In this document: one piece after another, positions 11,601-22,606 of the stretch
Position numbering within the stretch: the stretch's first letter is position 1
Layout: each line of letters starts with the position of its first letter
Assembly (NCBI GenBank): GCA_958009085.1
Contig: OY253676.1
Location: forward strand, 992,001-1,046,115
Length of the DNA stretch: 54,115 bases
Source: Protoeuglena noctilucae
Taxonomy: Eukaryota
Direction of reading: 5' to 3'
Position numbers and translations under genes: made by a program
Notes under the pieces: model-generated
What the model was told of the DNA's origin: nothing
The model's database searches: none
What the model saw: only the letters and a program-made list of their open reading frames with translations

Positions 11601-14600
11601 CAGCCATGCAAGCCATTCCGTGCATTGAATAAACTCGCCTCTTCAGCGCCGTCTTGCTCCTGACCCCCCCCTCTTCGGACGACCTCTCCTCGTGCATGTC
11701 GCGGTATCGCCGGACGTTGCGCACAAAGGGGGTCCACTGGCGGGGGTGGCGGGGGAGCAGGGGGCGCCACAGGCAACACATCATCTGAGAAGGGAGAGGA
11801 AAGATGGGGAGTGTGTTATGTGTGCGGGGTGAGAGAAGGGGTGGGGAAAGGTGAGTCGTGACCTCACTGCCACCCCCGCTGCCACCCCCACTGCCACCCT
11901 CACTGCCACCCTTAACACCACCCCCACTGCCACCCCCGCTGCCATCCCCGCTGCCACCCCCACTGCCACCCTTAACACCACCCCCGCTGCCATCCCCGCT
12001 GCCACCCCCACTGCCACTGCCACCCCCGCCCCAACCACCCCCTCACCTCTGCCGTGTGCCCCCCTTCCAGTCTGTACAGCAGCTGGTAGGTGGTCGCGCA
12101 CCACACTTTGGCTGCCAGTTCGAATGCCAGAGACGCAAACTCGTTCCTCTCCCCCGCCTCGCACAGCATGGCAATGGGGCTGTCGTGCGCCTCTTCTATG
12201 ACGTGCGCGGAAGTGAGGTGGTCCAGGTCCCACACTGGGGGAAAGAGATGGGGATAAGGGAAAGGGGGATAAGAAGGGAGAGGGTGAGAGGGGACTGTGT
12301 CACTCCGATCACCAATCACAGCACATTCTCGATGCTCCAATGTCGAACTCTCATGCCACTCTCTCCCCTCACCGCGTATGCTTGCGTCGTGGGAGCACGA
12401 TGCCAGGCGGTGGCCACCCAGGTAGAGCACACCCGTCACTGGGAAGACAGAGAGGAGAAAGTAATATGTGTTTAGCATGATGCAGTTGCCGTCTCTAGTC
12501 ATTCACACGTCCCCTAATGCCCCCTCTCCCACCACTCACCCCTCCCCTCACGCCCCATCAATCTCACTCACTCCCTCCCCCATCTCCACTCACCCCTCCC
12601 CTCGTGCCCCCTCATCGCCTCGCATGTGGTGTTCTGCAGCGGCCGCAGGGCATTGCCATCCGCCATCAGATCCTCCGTCCCGTCCTGGACAGACCACACT
12701 GCGAGATTGAAAGAGAGAGAGATGAGGAGTGGATGGGAAGTGGATTACTGGTAATGGGGGTGCGAGATGTGGGGGATGCATGGCGGTGCGTGAGTGGGGA
12801 AGTGGGGTGGCTGACGGCGCAGTTACTTACTAATCCCCACTCTCCCCCCTCACAGTTCACCACAGTCAGTCTCACTCATCACTCACACTCCCCATTCCCT
12901 GTCATCTCACCGCAAATGACCCCATCATCTCCCCCCGTGACGAAGCACCCCAGGTCCTGCACAGAGGTCACGCACAGCACGGCGCCCCGGTGGCCCTTCA
13001 GATCATTGGTGACAGACAGCACGCCCGCGCTCTTCTCGTAGTCCTGATTCCAGAATAACAAGAAACCATCGGAAGTGCCTGGGGGGGGAGTGGAAGTGGG
13101 AGGGGTGTGGGGTTGAGGGGGGGAAAGGTGAGATGACGATGAGCGACGTGTGCGGGTGGTGCGTGGCTGTTACGATTGCTCGTTTGAAGTCTGAGACATA
13201 AAATGACAGTGCTAACTTTCACATATGTATGCTTACAACTACCTCATCCACCCCCGCTCACCCGTCACGACCGTCTCCATCCCCGCCCCCTTCCCCGAGG
13301 TGTCCACGACTGCCAGGCACTCCACTTTGACAGCCGGGGTGGGGAAGGCACGCAAGGGGCGGAACAGGTTCAGCTTCCACACCCAGAGCTCCCTGAAAGG
13401 AGAGGGGGGGGTGAGAGCGAGTGACTTATTGGGAGTGGACAGTTCAGTGAGAGTGGGGCGTGCGGTTGGGGCGAGGGGGTGTGCCGCGCTGGATTGAATT
13501 GCGTATCGCAAACAGCCCGATTCCCTTATCGTATCAACCCCTCGCCTGTCCCTCGTTATCGCAAACACGTGGTCCGAGTCGGGCGGCCGGTGCAGCTGCG
13601 TCATCTTGCACGCCGTCAGCTCGCACAGTATGTCTAAACACTCGGTGTTGTTGCTGCGAGCCATCAGATCTAGACTGCAGTGACAGAGGCGGTAAATGTG
13701 GATGGTGTTGTTGGCAACGGTAGAACAAGCGTACGTGTCTGATGAGCCCATACATGTGTACCTATGCAATCAACCCATACTATTATGCAACCGACTACAT
13801 TCCAAGCATGCATTGGTGGTAACACCCACTTTCAGTCTTATCATCATCCACTCGCCTGTGAATGGTGTTGTTGGGCCCTGAGCACCACAGGCTGCGGATG
13901 TGGGGGATGTACACCACTGCGAGGGGAAGAGAGATGAACAGATCGCACATCCAGCCACACCGACCCATGCCTCTGTCAGCCATGCCATTCATTGCACCCC
14001 GCCCCGCAAAGCTCTGCACCCTCTCCGCCATTCCCACATCCCCTGCCATTCATGCCACCCATCCATCCCCTGCCATCCATCCACTCCACCAAACCCACTC
14101 ACGGCTCTGCACCCGTTCAGCCACCCCCACATCCCCTGCCATCCATCCCTATCCATCTATTACAACCATCCACCCCAACTCACGGCTCTGCACCCTCTCC
14201 GCCACCCCCACATCCCCTGCATCCATCCATCCACTCCCTCACATCCCCTGCCATCCCATCATCCACTCACGGCTCTGCACCCTCTCCGCCACCCCGTCAA
14301 ACGAGTCCAGCAGCCGCCCGTCGTAGCTCCACGTCTTGACAGAACCGTCCAGGCTGCCCGTGATGACGGAGGAGGTGTTCTCGTCCACATCCATGGCGAC
14401 GATCGCAGCCTGGTGATAGGGGGGGAGGGGAACTGATGAACATCTGCCGCTGCCATAGCATCGCTCCACCACTCCATCACTCATTCCCTCACCGTGTGGC
14501 TCTGCACGGACTTGATGAACATCTGCGCCTGCGACCCATCGTCCGAGTCCCAGAACATCACATCGCGCTCGTAGCCTGGGGGGGTGGGGCAGGGAGGAAA

Positions 14601-16171
14601 TGGTGGTTGTGGAGTGCAGGAATGCGGATATATTAGAATTGACAGTCATTAAACACCCACGTATGCGTAATTGGTGCATGCCACGCACAGTTAACAACCA
14701 CTCAATCAACCACTCATCCATCAACCAATAACCAGTCCCTCACCGGCCACGTAGGTCCTCCCCGCGGAGTTGACGGTGACGGTGCGCACAAAGTCACTGC
14801 CGAAGGGGATCTCGTTCACGCGCTTGAGGACCTGGGGGGGGAGAGGTATCGATATGTCATTGCATGAAAGCGAAGGAGACAGGAAAGGTGAGGGACAGGT
14901 GAGGGAAGCCATGACATCACCCACAACACCCCCTCACCGTCACCCTCACTCACACTTCCCATCATACCCCCATCTCCACCCCCTCACCTGCGCCCTCATG
15001 TTGGGCACCAGCTTCACCCCGTCCCCGTCCCCATCGGTGGGCCTGTAGTTCTTTGCCAGCATCTGCTGATTGAGTTCCCGATGTTTCTTCTCATCTAAGC
15101 TGGTCTCCTTAGGGACGTTCTCTTTCACGGCATACACGAACACCACGCCCTGGCCGCCCGCCACCAGGCGACGGCGGTGCTTGTTGAACGCCAGGCAGTG
15201 GATGGGGCCTGAGGGTGGGGGAGAAAGGGAGAGAGTGTGTATGTGTGTGCTTGTGGAGCGCCAGGCAAGTGCCTCCACAGCCATGCATCTAATGCCACTG
15301 CGCCTGCACAGATGCACATCTCCTCACCTGTCCGCGCGTGTAATTCACTCAACACATCCACGCATCCATCCCTTCACCTGTCCTCGTGTGGAAGATGACT
15401 TGCAGCAGCGTGGGCGGCACGTGGCTCCCCGGGTTGGGCACGCTCCCCACCGCCCACACGATAAGGGTGCCGTCGATGCTGGCAGACACGAGCACCTTGA
15501 TGTCCTGGATCAGACATAGAGACGTCAGAGCGCCCCTGGGGAGAGAGGAGATGAGGATGATGATGAGAGAGCGAGGGGGTGCACTCGATGGGGTGTAGTA
15601 CTTGGGAGTGTGTGTGTGTACTGGTATGGCCAGCATAGCAAGAGCGGTAAGTCGACTGGAGCAGAGGAGCAACTGCTGTTCTGCAAAAGTCAATCAGACC
15701 CATGTAGTTGCCCGCAGTACAAGCCCCCAAGCATCAGCCCACACCATTCCCCTCTCATCCCCTCACTTGTGCCCCAGCAGCTTGCGTGGCGGCCCCAGCT
15801 CCGTGCCCTCGTCTCTGTCCAGACTCCACGCGCGTATCTCGCAGTCCTCCGCCCCCGTGAAGAGCATCTTGAGCTTGGGGTCATAGGCCATGCACGTCAT
15901 GCGGGCCTGGGGGCGAGATGGGAGGGGAGATGCATGGGTGCAGGGGAGCAAGGGTGCAGGCGGGGCGAGGTTGGGCAGATGCTGGTGGCATGAATATGAC
16001 TGAGGAAACGCGGACCCTGCCCGGTGCTGCATCTGTCCCTTGGTGAGCACAAACCACCCCGCAACAGGCAAGCACCCCGCTACGCAGCGACTGTTCATCT
16101 ATATATGCAATCCAAGCATCGTCGCTCGCCTCGTGAAGGTGCTGGATCTTCCGAATGACTTGCAGCGACAT
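8648..16171 (-). CDS. Large multi-exon WD40-repeat protein with a low-complexity/coiled-coil C-terminal region
   Basis: Exons encode WD motifs: LFTGAEDCEIRAW, GHKGALTSL...LVSASIDGTLIVW, VITGSLDGSVKTW, GHRGAVLCV...FVTGGDDG, GHRDRISG...YVSAGYDG. The final exon ends ...KNNFKG* at TAG 8648-8650. Confidence 0.85.
11864..12030. repeat. Intronic minisatellite with a ~12-nt unit (GCCACCCCC(A/G)CT variants)
   Basis: Tandem copies are directly visible inside a WD40 gene intron. Confidence 0.85.
14005..14295. repeat. Four degenerate copies of a ~80-95 nt unit containing the exon end/donor of a WD40 exon
   Basis: GCTCTGCACC(C)...GCCA(C/T) recurs near 14011, 14104, 14185 and 14272, the first three followed by ACATCCCCTGC; the last copy is the real exon end. 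Confidence 0.85.
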
Positions 16172-17089
16172 GGCGGGGACGGAAGCACGAGCGGCCGAGT
16201 CGGCGCGTCACCGGAAGCGATGCGGTGCGGCGAGCGTGCGCCAACGCCTGCGACTAGCGCCTGCGTGATGTGAGGAAATAGCGGGACTTAGAGAGGAGCG
16301 CGCTGCATTGCCAAGATGGCTGGAGGTCCCCACCCACCGCGACCATGGCCACTTTTTCGGCTGATTGCTCATCGTCGTGATGCAAAAAAACCCATATAGT
16401 GCAGATGACAACGCTGGTCGGGGCCGCGCGTCACCTTGCGAGGCGCGGAGGACTTCACAGGCACGCGAAGGCTCGGGGCCCCCGCCGGCGCATGGCCGCG
16501 GTCGCAGCGAGCGGTGCGAACGTCCACGGATTCCCGAGTAAGCCAAAGATGAGCTTCGCGAATGACACTGCATGGGAGGCGTTCAGATGGGGTCGCGCCA
16601 GGCGGTCATAGGCTTCGTGTGCGCAGCCCCAGTTTCGGCATCTGCAAAGCAGTAAAACCCCAACAAACATGCGCAAAGGAAACATTATCAGAAGCATAGT
16701 AACGCCTGCAATCGAGGCGCTGTCCCGCTGCCTTCGCGGCACAGAAGTGGTGGAAATGTCGCGCGCTGACACGAGTGTCTGATTGCATCGCTGGGGATCC
16801 GCGGATGCGGCGGACAAGAGAATAACCGTCCTCTAGATACCTGTCTCCGCCCACCGCCTCTGTCTCCTTGTCCGGGGTCGCGAGTATACAAGGCACAAAA
16901 CCTTCCAGCACTTCAATGCACACCCCAACGCATGCCTGGGTCGTCCTCTGCACCTCACACAAAGTTCGCGGTCGAAGAAGCATCGTTCAGCATCGTTCAA
17001 TACCCAGCAACGGCCACATCGGCACTGGCAGCAGCCCCGACGCGGCGCCAGTTGCGACCCCACACACTTTTCACTCTTGTCTCCTACCC

Positions 17090-17194
17090 AAAGCCTGCGA
17101 CAGGTAGCCTTCTGGCGGGTAGGGTTTTGAGGGTGCCCTAGCCGTCATCTCTTTGAATCCTCATTGGCAAAAAAAAAAAAAAAAGCCTGCGACA
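17090..17194 (+). mobile_element. Very short 5'-truncated non-LTR retroelement/SINE-like insertion with poly(A) and a 13-bp TSD
   Basis: AAAGCCTGCGACA (17090-17102), a 66-nt body (17103-17168), a run of 16 A (17169-17184), then GCCTGCGACA completing the second TSD copy (17182-17194). Confidence 0.8.
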
Positions 17195-17245
17195 TCCCAT
17201 GGCCCCTGCGACTGCCTACTTCAACATGCATTCCCCACCGCTCCC

Positions 17246-19324
17246 CTACCCCCGCTTGGCACCCCCTGCCGTGCGTTGCCTGGCCCGCCCCTCCCCGTCC
17301 CCCACCGCCCCCTCCAGCCATGGCCTGCACCACTCCTCCGTCGCGCGCCACAGCCGGGCGGCGTTGTCGTCGTCCGCGCAGAAGGCACTGATGGCCCCGG
17401 ACACGCTGGCCGGCCGGGAGAAGAGTTCCCACTGCGTGACCCACAGGGGGGGGTGAGGTGCAAGGGGGCGTAAACCAGGCATTGCATCTTCGGGGACAAG
17501 CAAGCCAGATGCTGCACGGCAAGTCGGAAGAGCACGAGCAACACTACTTAGCAAGGTAAGGCATCTCCACTGCTACCCTTGACAGGGCCCATCAAGGCAA
17601 GGCATCTCCACTGCCCATCCCTGTCACTCTGCACCCCCGCACCCCCAGCCTCACCATGCTCTTGGGCGCCGGCTGCGGCGGCAGGTGGATGCGGAGGTCC
17701 TCGAAGACGAAGCTGCCCGTCAGCGGCGACAGTTCTGGGGCCAGGCAGCAGTAGACGGGGGGGGGCGGCGCCACGCTGGGGGGACTTGAAGCCGGTGAAC
17801 CGCAGGAGGAGCACGTCGAGGAGTCTGGGAGAAGGAATGAGTGAGTGGGTGAGTGGGTGGGTGAGCTGATATTGACACTGTGAATCGCAGGAGGGGCAGG
17901 TCGAGGAGTCTGAGAGAGATATGAAGATATGAGGAAGTAAGAACACGGCATGCTGAATCACTGCGATGGTACTGCTACTGATCCCAACCAGTGAACCCAG
18001 TCAGCATTGCGTGCATATGCCTCGGTGCTTCTTGTCAAGAGAGGTCCCTAGTCACCTGAGGAGTGGCCACAGCAGGAATCGGATGCGGTTGTAGGTGGCG
18101 ATGCCCCCGGGCAGCCCATCACGCTGAATCTCCGTGACAATACGGCCGGGGTGGAGGCTGTACACACCAATGCCGAGGGGCTGCGGGGGAGGGGGGGCTG
18201 GGGGTGGGGGCTGGGTGCGAGGATGGCAGTGGTCCTATGCTGGCAACTGCTCACGTGAGCGCAGGCACTGTGACAGGTGAGCGCAGGAACTGTGGTCCGC
18301 ATCGCATGCACCCGCACCGCCCATGGATGTCATCCCACACCCCTGCAGGGTCCCCGTAACTCGCCTGCCAGTTGCGGCTCAGTTGCCTGGCGAACATGAC
18401 GTTGGCCGCCTTGGACTTGGCGTAGTGCCAGTGCACGCCCATGCCACCCCCGTAGCGCTCGGGGTGCTTCTGAGAGCGACAGAGACCAAGAGAGAGAGGT
18501 GCGCATGTACGGAACATACATGCTGACCTTGTCTTTTCTTTCTGTGAGACGATGTGAGAGTGCATCTCTTACAAAGAGACGCCCACAGTCGCACCGATAC
18601 CTCACACCACTGCAAGTGAATGTTTCACAAATAGCCATCCATATTTCGCACGCACTCCCACCTCGAACCAGGGATCTTCAAGAAACGCCTCGTCGGGGAA
18701 GGACATGGCCTGGGCCTCACTGGCCACCACCACCACGCGCACACGGCCGAACCGCGCGGCACCGGGGGGGGCGTGCGGGGGGGGCGTGCGCACGGCAGAC
18801 TCCAGCAGCGGACGCAGCCTCGCAGCCATGATGAAGTGCGCCAAGTGGTTGACGGCGAAGGTGCGCTCGAAGCCCTGCGCGGTGTGCTGCAGCGCGCTCG
18901 CAGCTGCGCGGCAGAGGCGGAGCTGTGGATCTGAAACATAGAGCCACCGATGCGATCGTCATTTGTAAAGCTACCCGCATCGCTCAGCCTCACCCGTGCC
19001 GGCATTCAGCACCAACAGATCGATGCGCTTCTCTTCGCGGCACACGTCCTCGCAAAAGCGCGCCACCGCGTCCATATCGGATTGGTCGAGGGGGTAGAAA
19101 CGGACCTCTCGGCCCTCCTTCTCCAGCGCATCGCGGATCGAGGCCCCCGCGGCGCTGTTGCGACCGGTGAAGACCACCCGCGCGCCCGCCCCGGCCAGCG
19201 CCCGCACCACCTCCACGCCGATGCCGCTCGTCCCTCCCGTCACCACCGCCACCCAGCCCCGGAGATCCGCCTGGTAGAACCGCACCACATCCTCCGCGGT
19301 GCTCTTCCGCGTCAAGCACGCCAT
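17246..19324 (-). CDS. Short-chain dehydrogenase/reductase (retinol-dehydrogenase/Tic32-like)
   Basis: MACLTRKSTAEDVV...VAVVTGGTSGIG...IDLLVLNAG...FAVNHLAHF...YAKSKAANVMF...SLHPGRIVTEI...AARLWRATEEW. Confidence 0.9.
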
Positions 19325-19704
19325 GACTGATGCACCCACGCGATGTCGTCGCACGCCGGGACCAGCGCCGTTGCGCGGAGACGGATCGTTAAACGGTGGA
19401 CGCCATCTGGGACCCGGATGATGTTGGACGGGGCCAGAAACCCACACTCTTGCAACGTGGGTCCTGCTCCCTGAAGTTATCAGGCGACGCGTGGCCTGCG
19501 GAGAGTCCGGTGCAAACACATGAAAAAGCGGTGGCTTCCATCACCCATTTGCGCGCGCGGACCCCCAGCAGCTGCCTCTTGCTTGCACGCGGACCTTTGC
19601 TGTGCCACCTGTAGCTGACCCAGGCAAACGACGCTCTCCCACCCGGCGCGGCAGCGCGGTGACGCCGTCCGCTTCGTCGGCCAGAAGCGGGCCAGGTGCT
19701 GGTC

Positions 19705-20617
19705 ATGATCTTGGCCGACCCCGGCGAGCCCACCGTGGCCGAGTTCAAAAGCGTCATCAAGCGGACACTGCAGGAGTGCGGCGCGCTGGACCGGGCGAGG
19801 GGATTGATTCGGGTGAGAGCTGCGTTCGGTCGATGCAGCGTCATGTATGGACCTCGGTGGGTGATAGAAAGCACTGCTTTGTTCGCACATGCAGGCGGAA
19901 CTTTACAAGGCGATTCGCGATGAGACCTTGACCTCGCCACCGCACCTGTCCAACGAGAACCTGGCGAGTGCGCACGCCGTCCTGACCATCGGACTGCGGG
20001 ATATGCGCGCCACGCTGCTCAAGTTTGCCACGTCCCAACAAATCCCCGGGCCCACGCAGATGATCAACGAGCTCATCCGGGAGTACCTCGATTTCAATGG
20101 ATACCGCGACACGATGAGCGTGATGCTCCCGGAGACGGGCCAGCCCGTGGTGCCCGCGTTCTCGCGCTCCTTCCTCGCCCGGCGCCTGCACCTCCCGGAG
20201 ACCCCGGAGACGCGACGGGTGCGTGCAGCTGCAATCATTGATTCATAATAAAGCCGCGTGCTGTGATTTGACTGCTAGTGGACCTCACTTGGGTGTGCTG
20301 CAGGTCCCGCTGCTGTACGTGATGCTGGAGCTGGCGCTCGAGGCTGCGGTGCCGGGCTTGGAGGAGTCGGAAGGCGAGAGACGGCTGCGCGTGCTATGAC
20401 CTGTGTGCAGCGTGCGCCATACCACGCGCTTGCTGCCATCGCTTTCAGTACGCCCCCCCGTAAGCCCTCGCCCCTTTGCATCGCGCTCCCAGGAGATTCG
20501 GGCAGCGTGGAGGACAGCGCACCGACCCTGCGCGAGGCGATGAACCGTGCCAGGGCGCGGGCCCACGCTTTAACCAGCGGGGAACCCAGGCAGCCATCAG
20601 GACGGGACAAGGGCTGA
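19705..20617 (+). CDS. FOPNL: FOR20/FOPNL (CEP20), LisH-like centriolar/basal-body protein
   Basis: Spliced sequence TVAEFKSVIKRTLQECGALDRARGLIR|AELYKAI...PPHLSNENL|MINELIREYLDFNGYRDTMSVMLPETGQP...|VPLLY matches the FOR20 family consensus as I recall it. Confidence 0.88.
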
Positions 20618-20706
20618 GAAGTCGACCGCTGCAGAGTTGCACCCCGTTTACTCGCAAACATGCAGCAGGAGATAAGAGCGCTGTTATCCTGCACCAACCA
20701 CACCCC

Positions 20707-21462
20707 CTACTCGGCTGCCTGGGCCCCCCTCGCCTCCCCCTTGGGCTGCTTCTTGCGCCGCTTCTTCTCCTTCACCATCTCGTCCATATACGACATGCAC
20801 CTCTGCGTGTGAAGAGGTAAAACAAAACATGAGCTAGGTAGCAAGTGCCTTGCAGTCCCGTGAACACGTGTGTGTTGAGCAGGCCCGACTCGATCCGCGT
20901 ACCTCAGACGTGAGTTCCACCAGGGGCTTCTTGGGCTGCATGCCCAGCTGAGCCACCACCTCGCGGAGCCGGAACTCCCATTTGGATTCCGATCCGTTGA
21001 AGTCCACGAGCCTCCCTTGCAAATTGCACTGCAGCAATGGGAGTGGGCGTGGGTGCTGCGTGAGTGCAGCCCGTGCACCACCAGGCGCGGCCCAGCGTCA
21101 CTTGATATCCTCACGTTAACCTTGACGTCCCTCGCCACCAAGGCGCAGAAGGTCTCGTCGAACTGCTCCAAGATCTTGTTGCAAAGGTCCTCGCTGACCT
21201 TCTGCTGATCCTGCAGTCACGAAGGGGATCCGCAGATACTCGGAGTGTCGTGGCAGCCATAGAGGCTATGAAAAAGCATCGGCCAAACGCGCAAGCGCGG
21301 AGCCGCGGCGCGGTGCCAAGCGAAGCACGCAAAAGGGTTCACAGGAGCGCGTCCAAGCCCCCAGACGAGCGCATATCGCACCTGCATCTTCAACAAGACG
21401 ATTTGAAGCGCCTCCCCCGCGACCGAACCCCGGTACATGTCGGTGATCGGCAAGTCCGCCAT
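20707..21462 (-). CDS. Divergent transcription initiation factor IIA small (gamma) subunit-like protein
   Basis: DMYRGSVAGEALQIVLLKMQ|DQQKVSEDLCNKILEQFDETF...DVKVN|CNLQGRLVDFNGSESKWEFRL aligns nearly gap-free to the TFIIA-gamma pattern (ELYRRSTIG...LVQFDKS...KGHLHTYRFCDNVWTF). Confidence 0.72.
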
Positions 21463-22570
21463 CTGCGCGGGCACTGGCGTCCACCTGGTTTGCTGCGCGA
21501 GCTCTGTCCTGACAGCGCAATCAGGTCTCTAGACGTAAGCTTTGAGCCATGATGTATATCGCAACCGCATGGGCAGGCCCATCCATGGCCGAGTGGAGTG
21601 GGTGCAGCAAGTGAGAAATCGCGGCGAGCTCGCACCTTCCCCCAACTGCCACCCGCTGCCCAGCGCGGGCAAGAGGTCTGCAATGCTTAGTCCAGAGCCC
21701 CCTTACACAGCAGCCGCGGCAGCAATTGTAGATACGAGGAGAGGGCGGCGTACAAGCTTCTGAGCAGGCAAATGGAAAGGCAGGGCTCTCGCTGACAAGA
21801 ATGAGTGCGCGTGAAGCAAAAGTGTGATTTGAGATCGTCAAACAGCACGGCGATGGCCTCATCGGGCGTGTCGGATCCTGCACATCGTCGGTGCGTCAGG
21901 GCGTCCACCTCAGACCTGACCTCTGATGCCGTTGGGTGAGCTCCTCGGCGAGCAGCATTTGCATGTTGGATCCACGGAGATCTCGTGGTGACTGCGCTGT
22001 GGCGGCTGGGTCCCCAACCGCGTCGTGGGAGGGGCTGCGGACACCCGCGCATGTGCTGACGTACCCGCGCGCGAGTACCGATAGGACCGGACTTTGGCCG
22101 CTGTCGACGGTGTGCTTGTGCATCGTGCGACTGTGCGGACCCGTTGTCTCCGTCCGAGGTCCCGCAGGCCTCGCGTTTGCCTGAGTCCCTGCCAGCATCT
22201 ATCAAGGCAGGTGGGATGCGCGACAGGCGGCCCTTTGCAAAGCAGAGAGACAGCGTTGCATACCTTCAAGCCTTGTACTATTGCGGCGAGCCCTAGGGCG
22301 TCGTGCGCTTAGCGCGGTCCGATAGAAGCCGACTGTCCGCGCGACATCGGTCAAGGGCCCCCGCGCACCAGCTCCCGCGAAGCTTGTGCCCCTTCTCTTA
22401 ATTCTGCGCGCGTCCTCCGTTCCACTTGTGCGATGCTGAGGCGGGCTGCGGTGCCAAAGATGCACAGCCTCGCCTTGCAAAGCACGGATGCGACCTCCCC
22501 ACCTGCAGGGCCCGGCGCGCGGCGTCTTAGCCCCTCGCGCGCCCGCCCGTCCACTCCGCGGCACACCCGC

Positions 22571-22576
22571 ATAAAA
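22571..22576 (+). promoter_or_regulatory. TATA-like element upstream of the ATG at 22607
   Basis: ATAAAA in a GC-rich background, 36 nt upstream of the ATG in GTCGCCATG. Confidence 0.3.
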
Positions 22577-22606
22577 AGACGCGTCTCGGCGCCCGCGACG
22601 GTCGCC

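Noticed and set aside
14005..14295. CRISPR-like repeat/spacer appearance of the echo arrays
   Set aside because: The context is eukaryotic and intronic, the repeats derive from the adjacent exon, spacers are related and of low complexity, and there are no cas genes.
16300..17089. Possible small gene or ncRNA between the WD40 and SDR genes
   Set aside because: Short ORFs lack recognisable motifs, and I found no consistent exon chain or RNA-family signature.
19794..19800. Apparent GC donor CGG|GCGAGG in FOR20 exon 1
   Set aside because: Homology requires the following ARGLIR residues; the GT donor at ~19813 fits better. Excluded from the GC count.
21520..22480. Possible minus-strand spliced gene between TFIIA-gamma and the coiled-coil gene
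   Set aside because: Splice-like signals exist, but I could not assemble a frame-consistent, recognisable protein.
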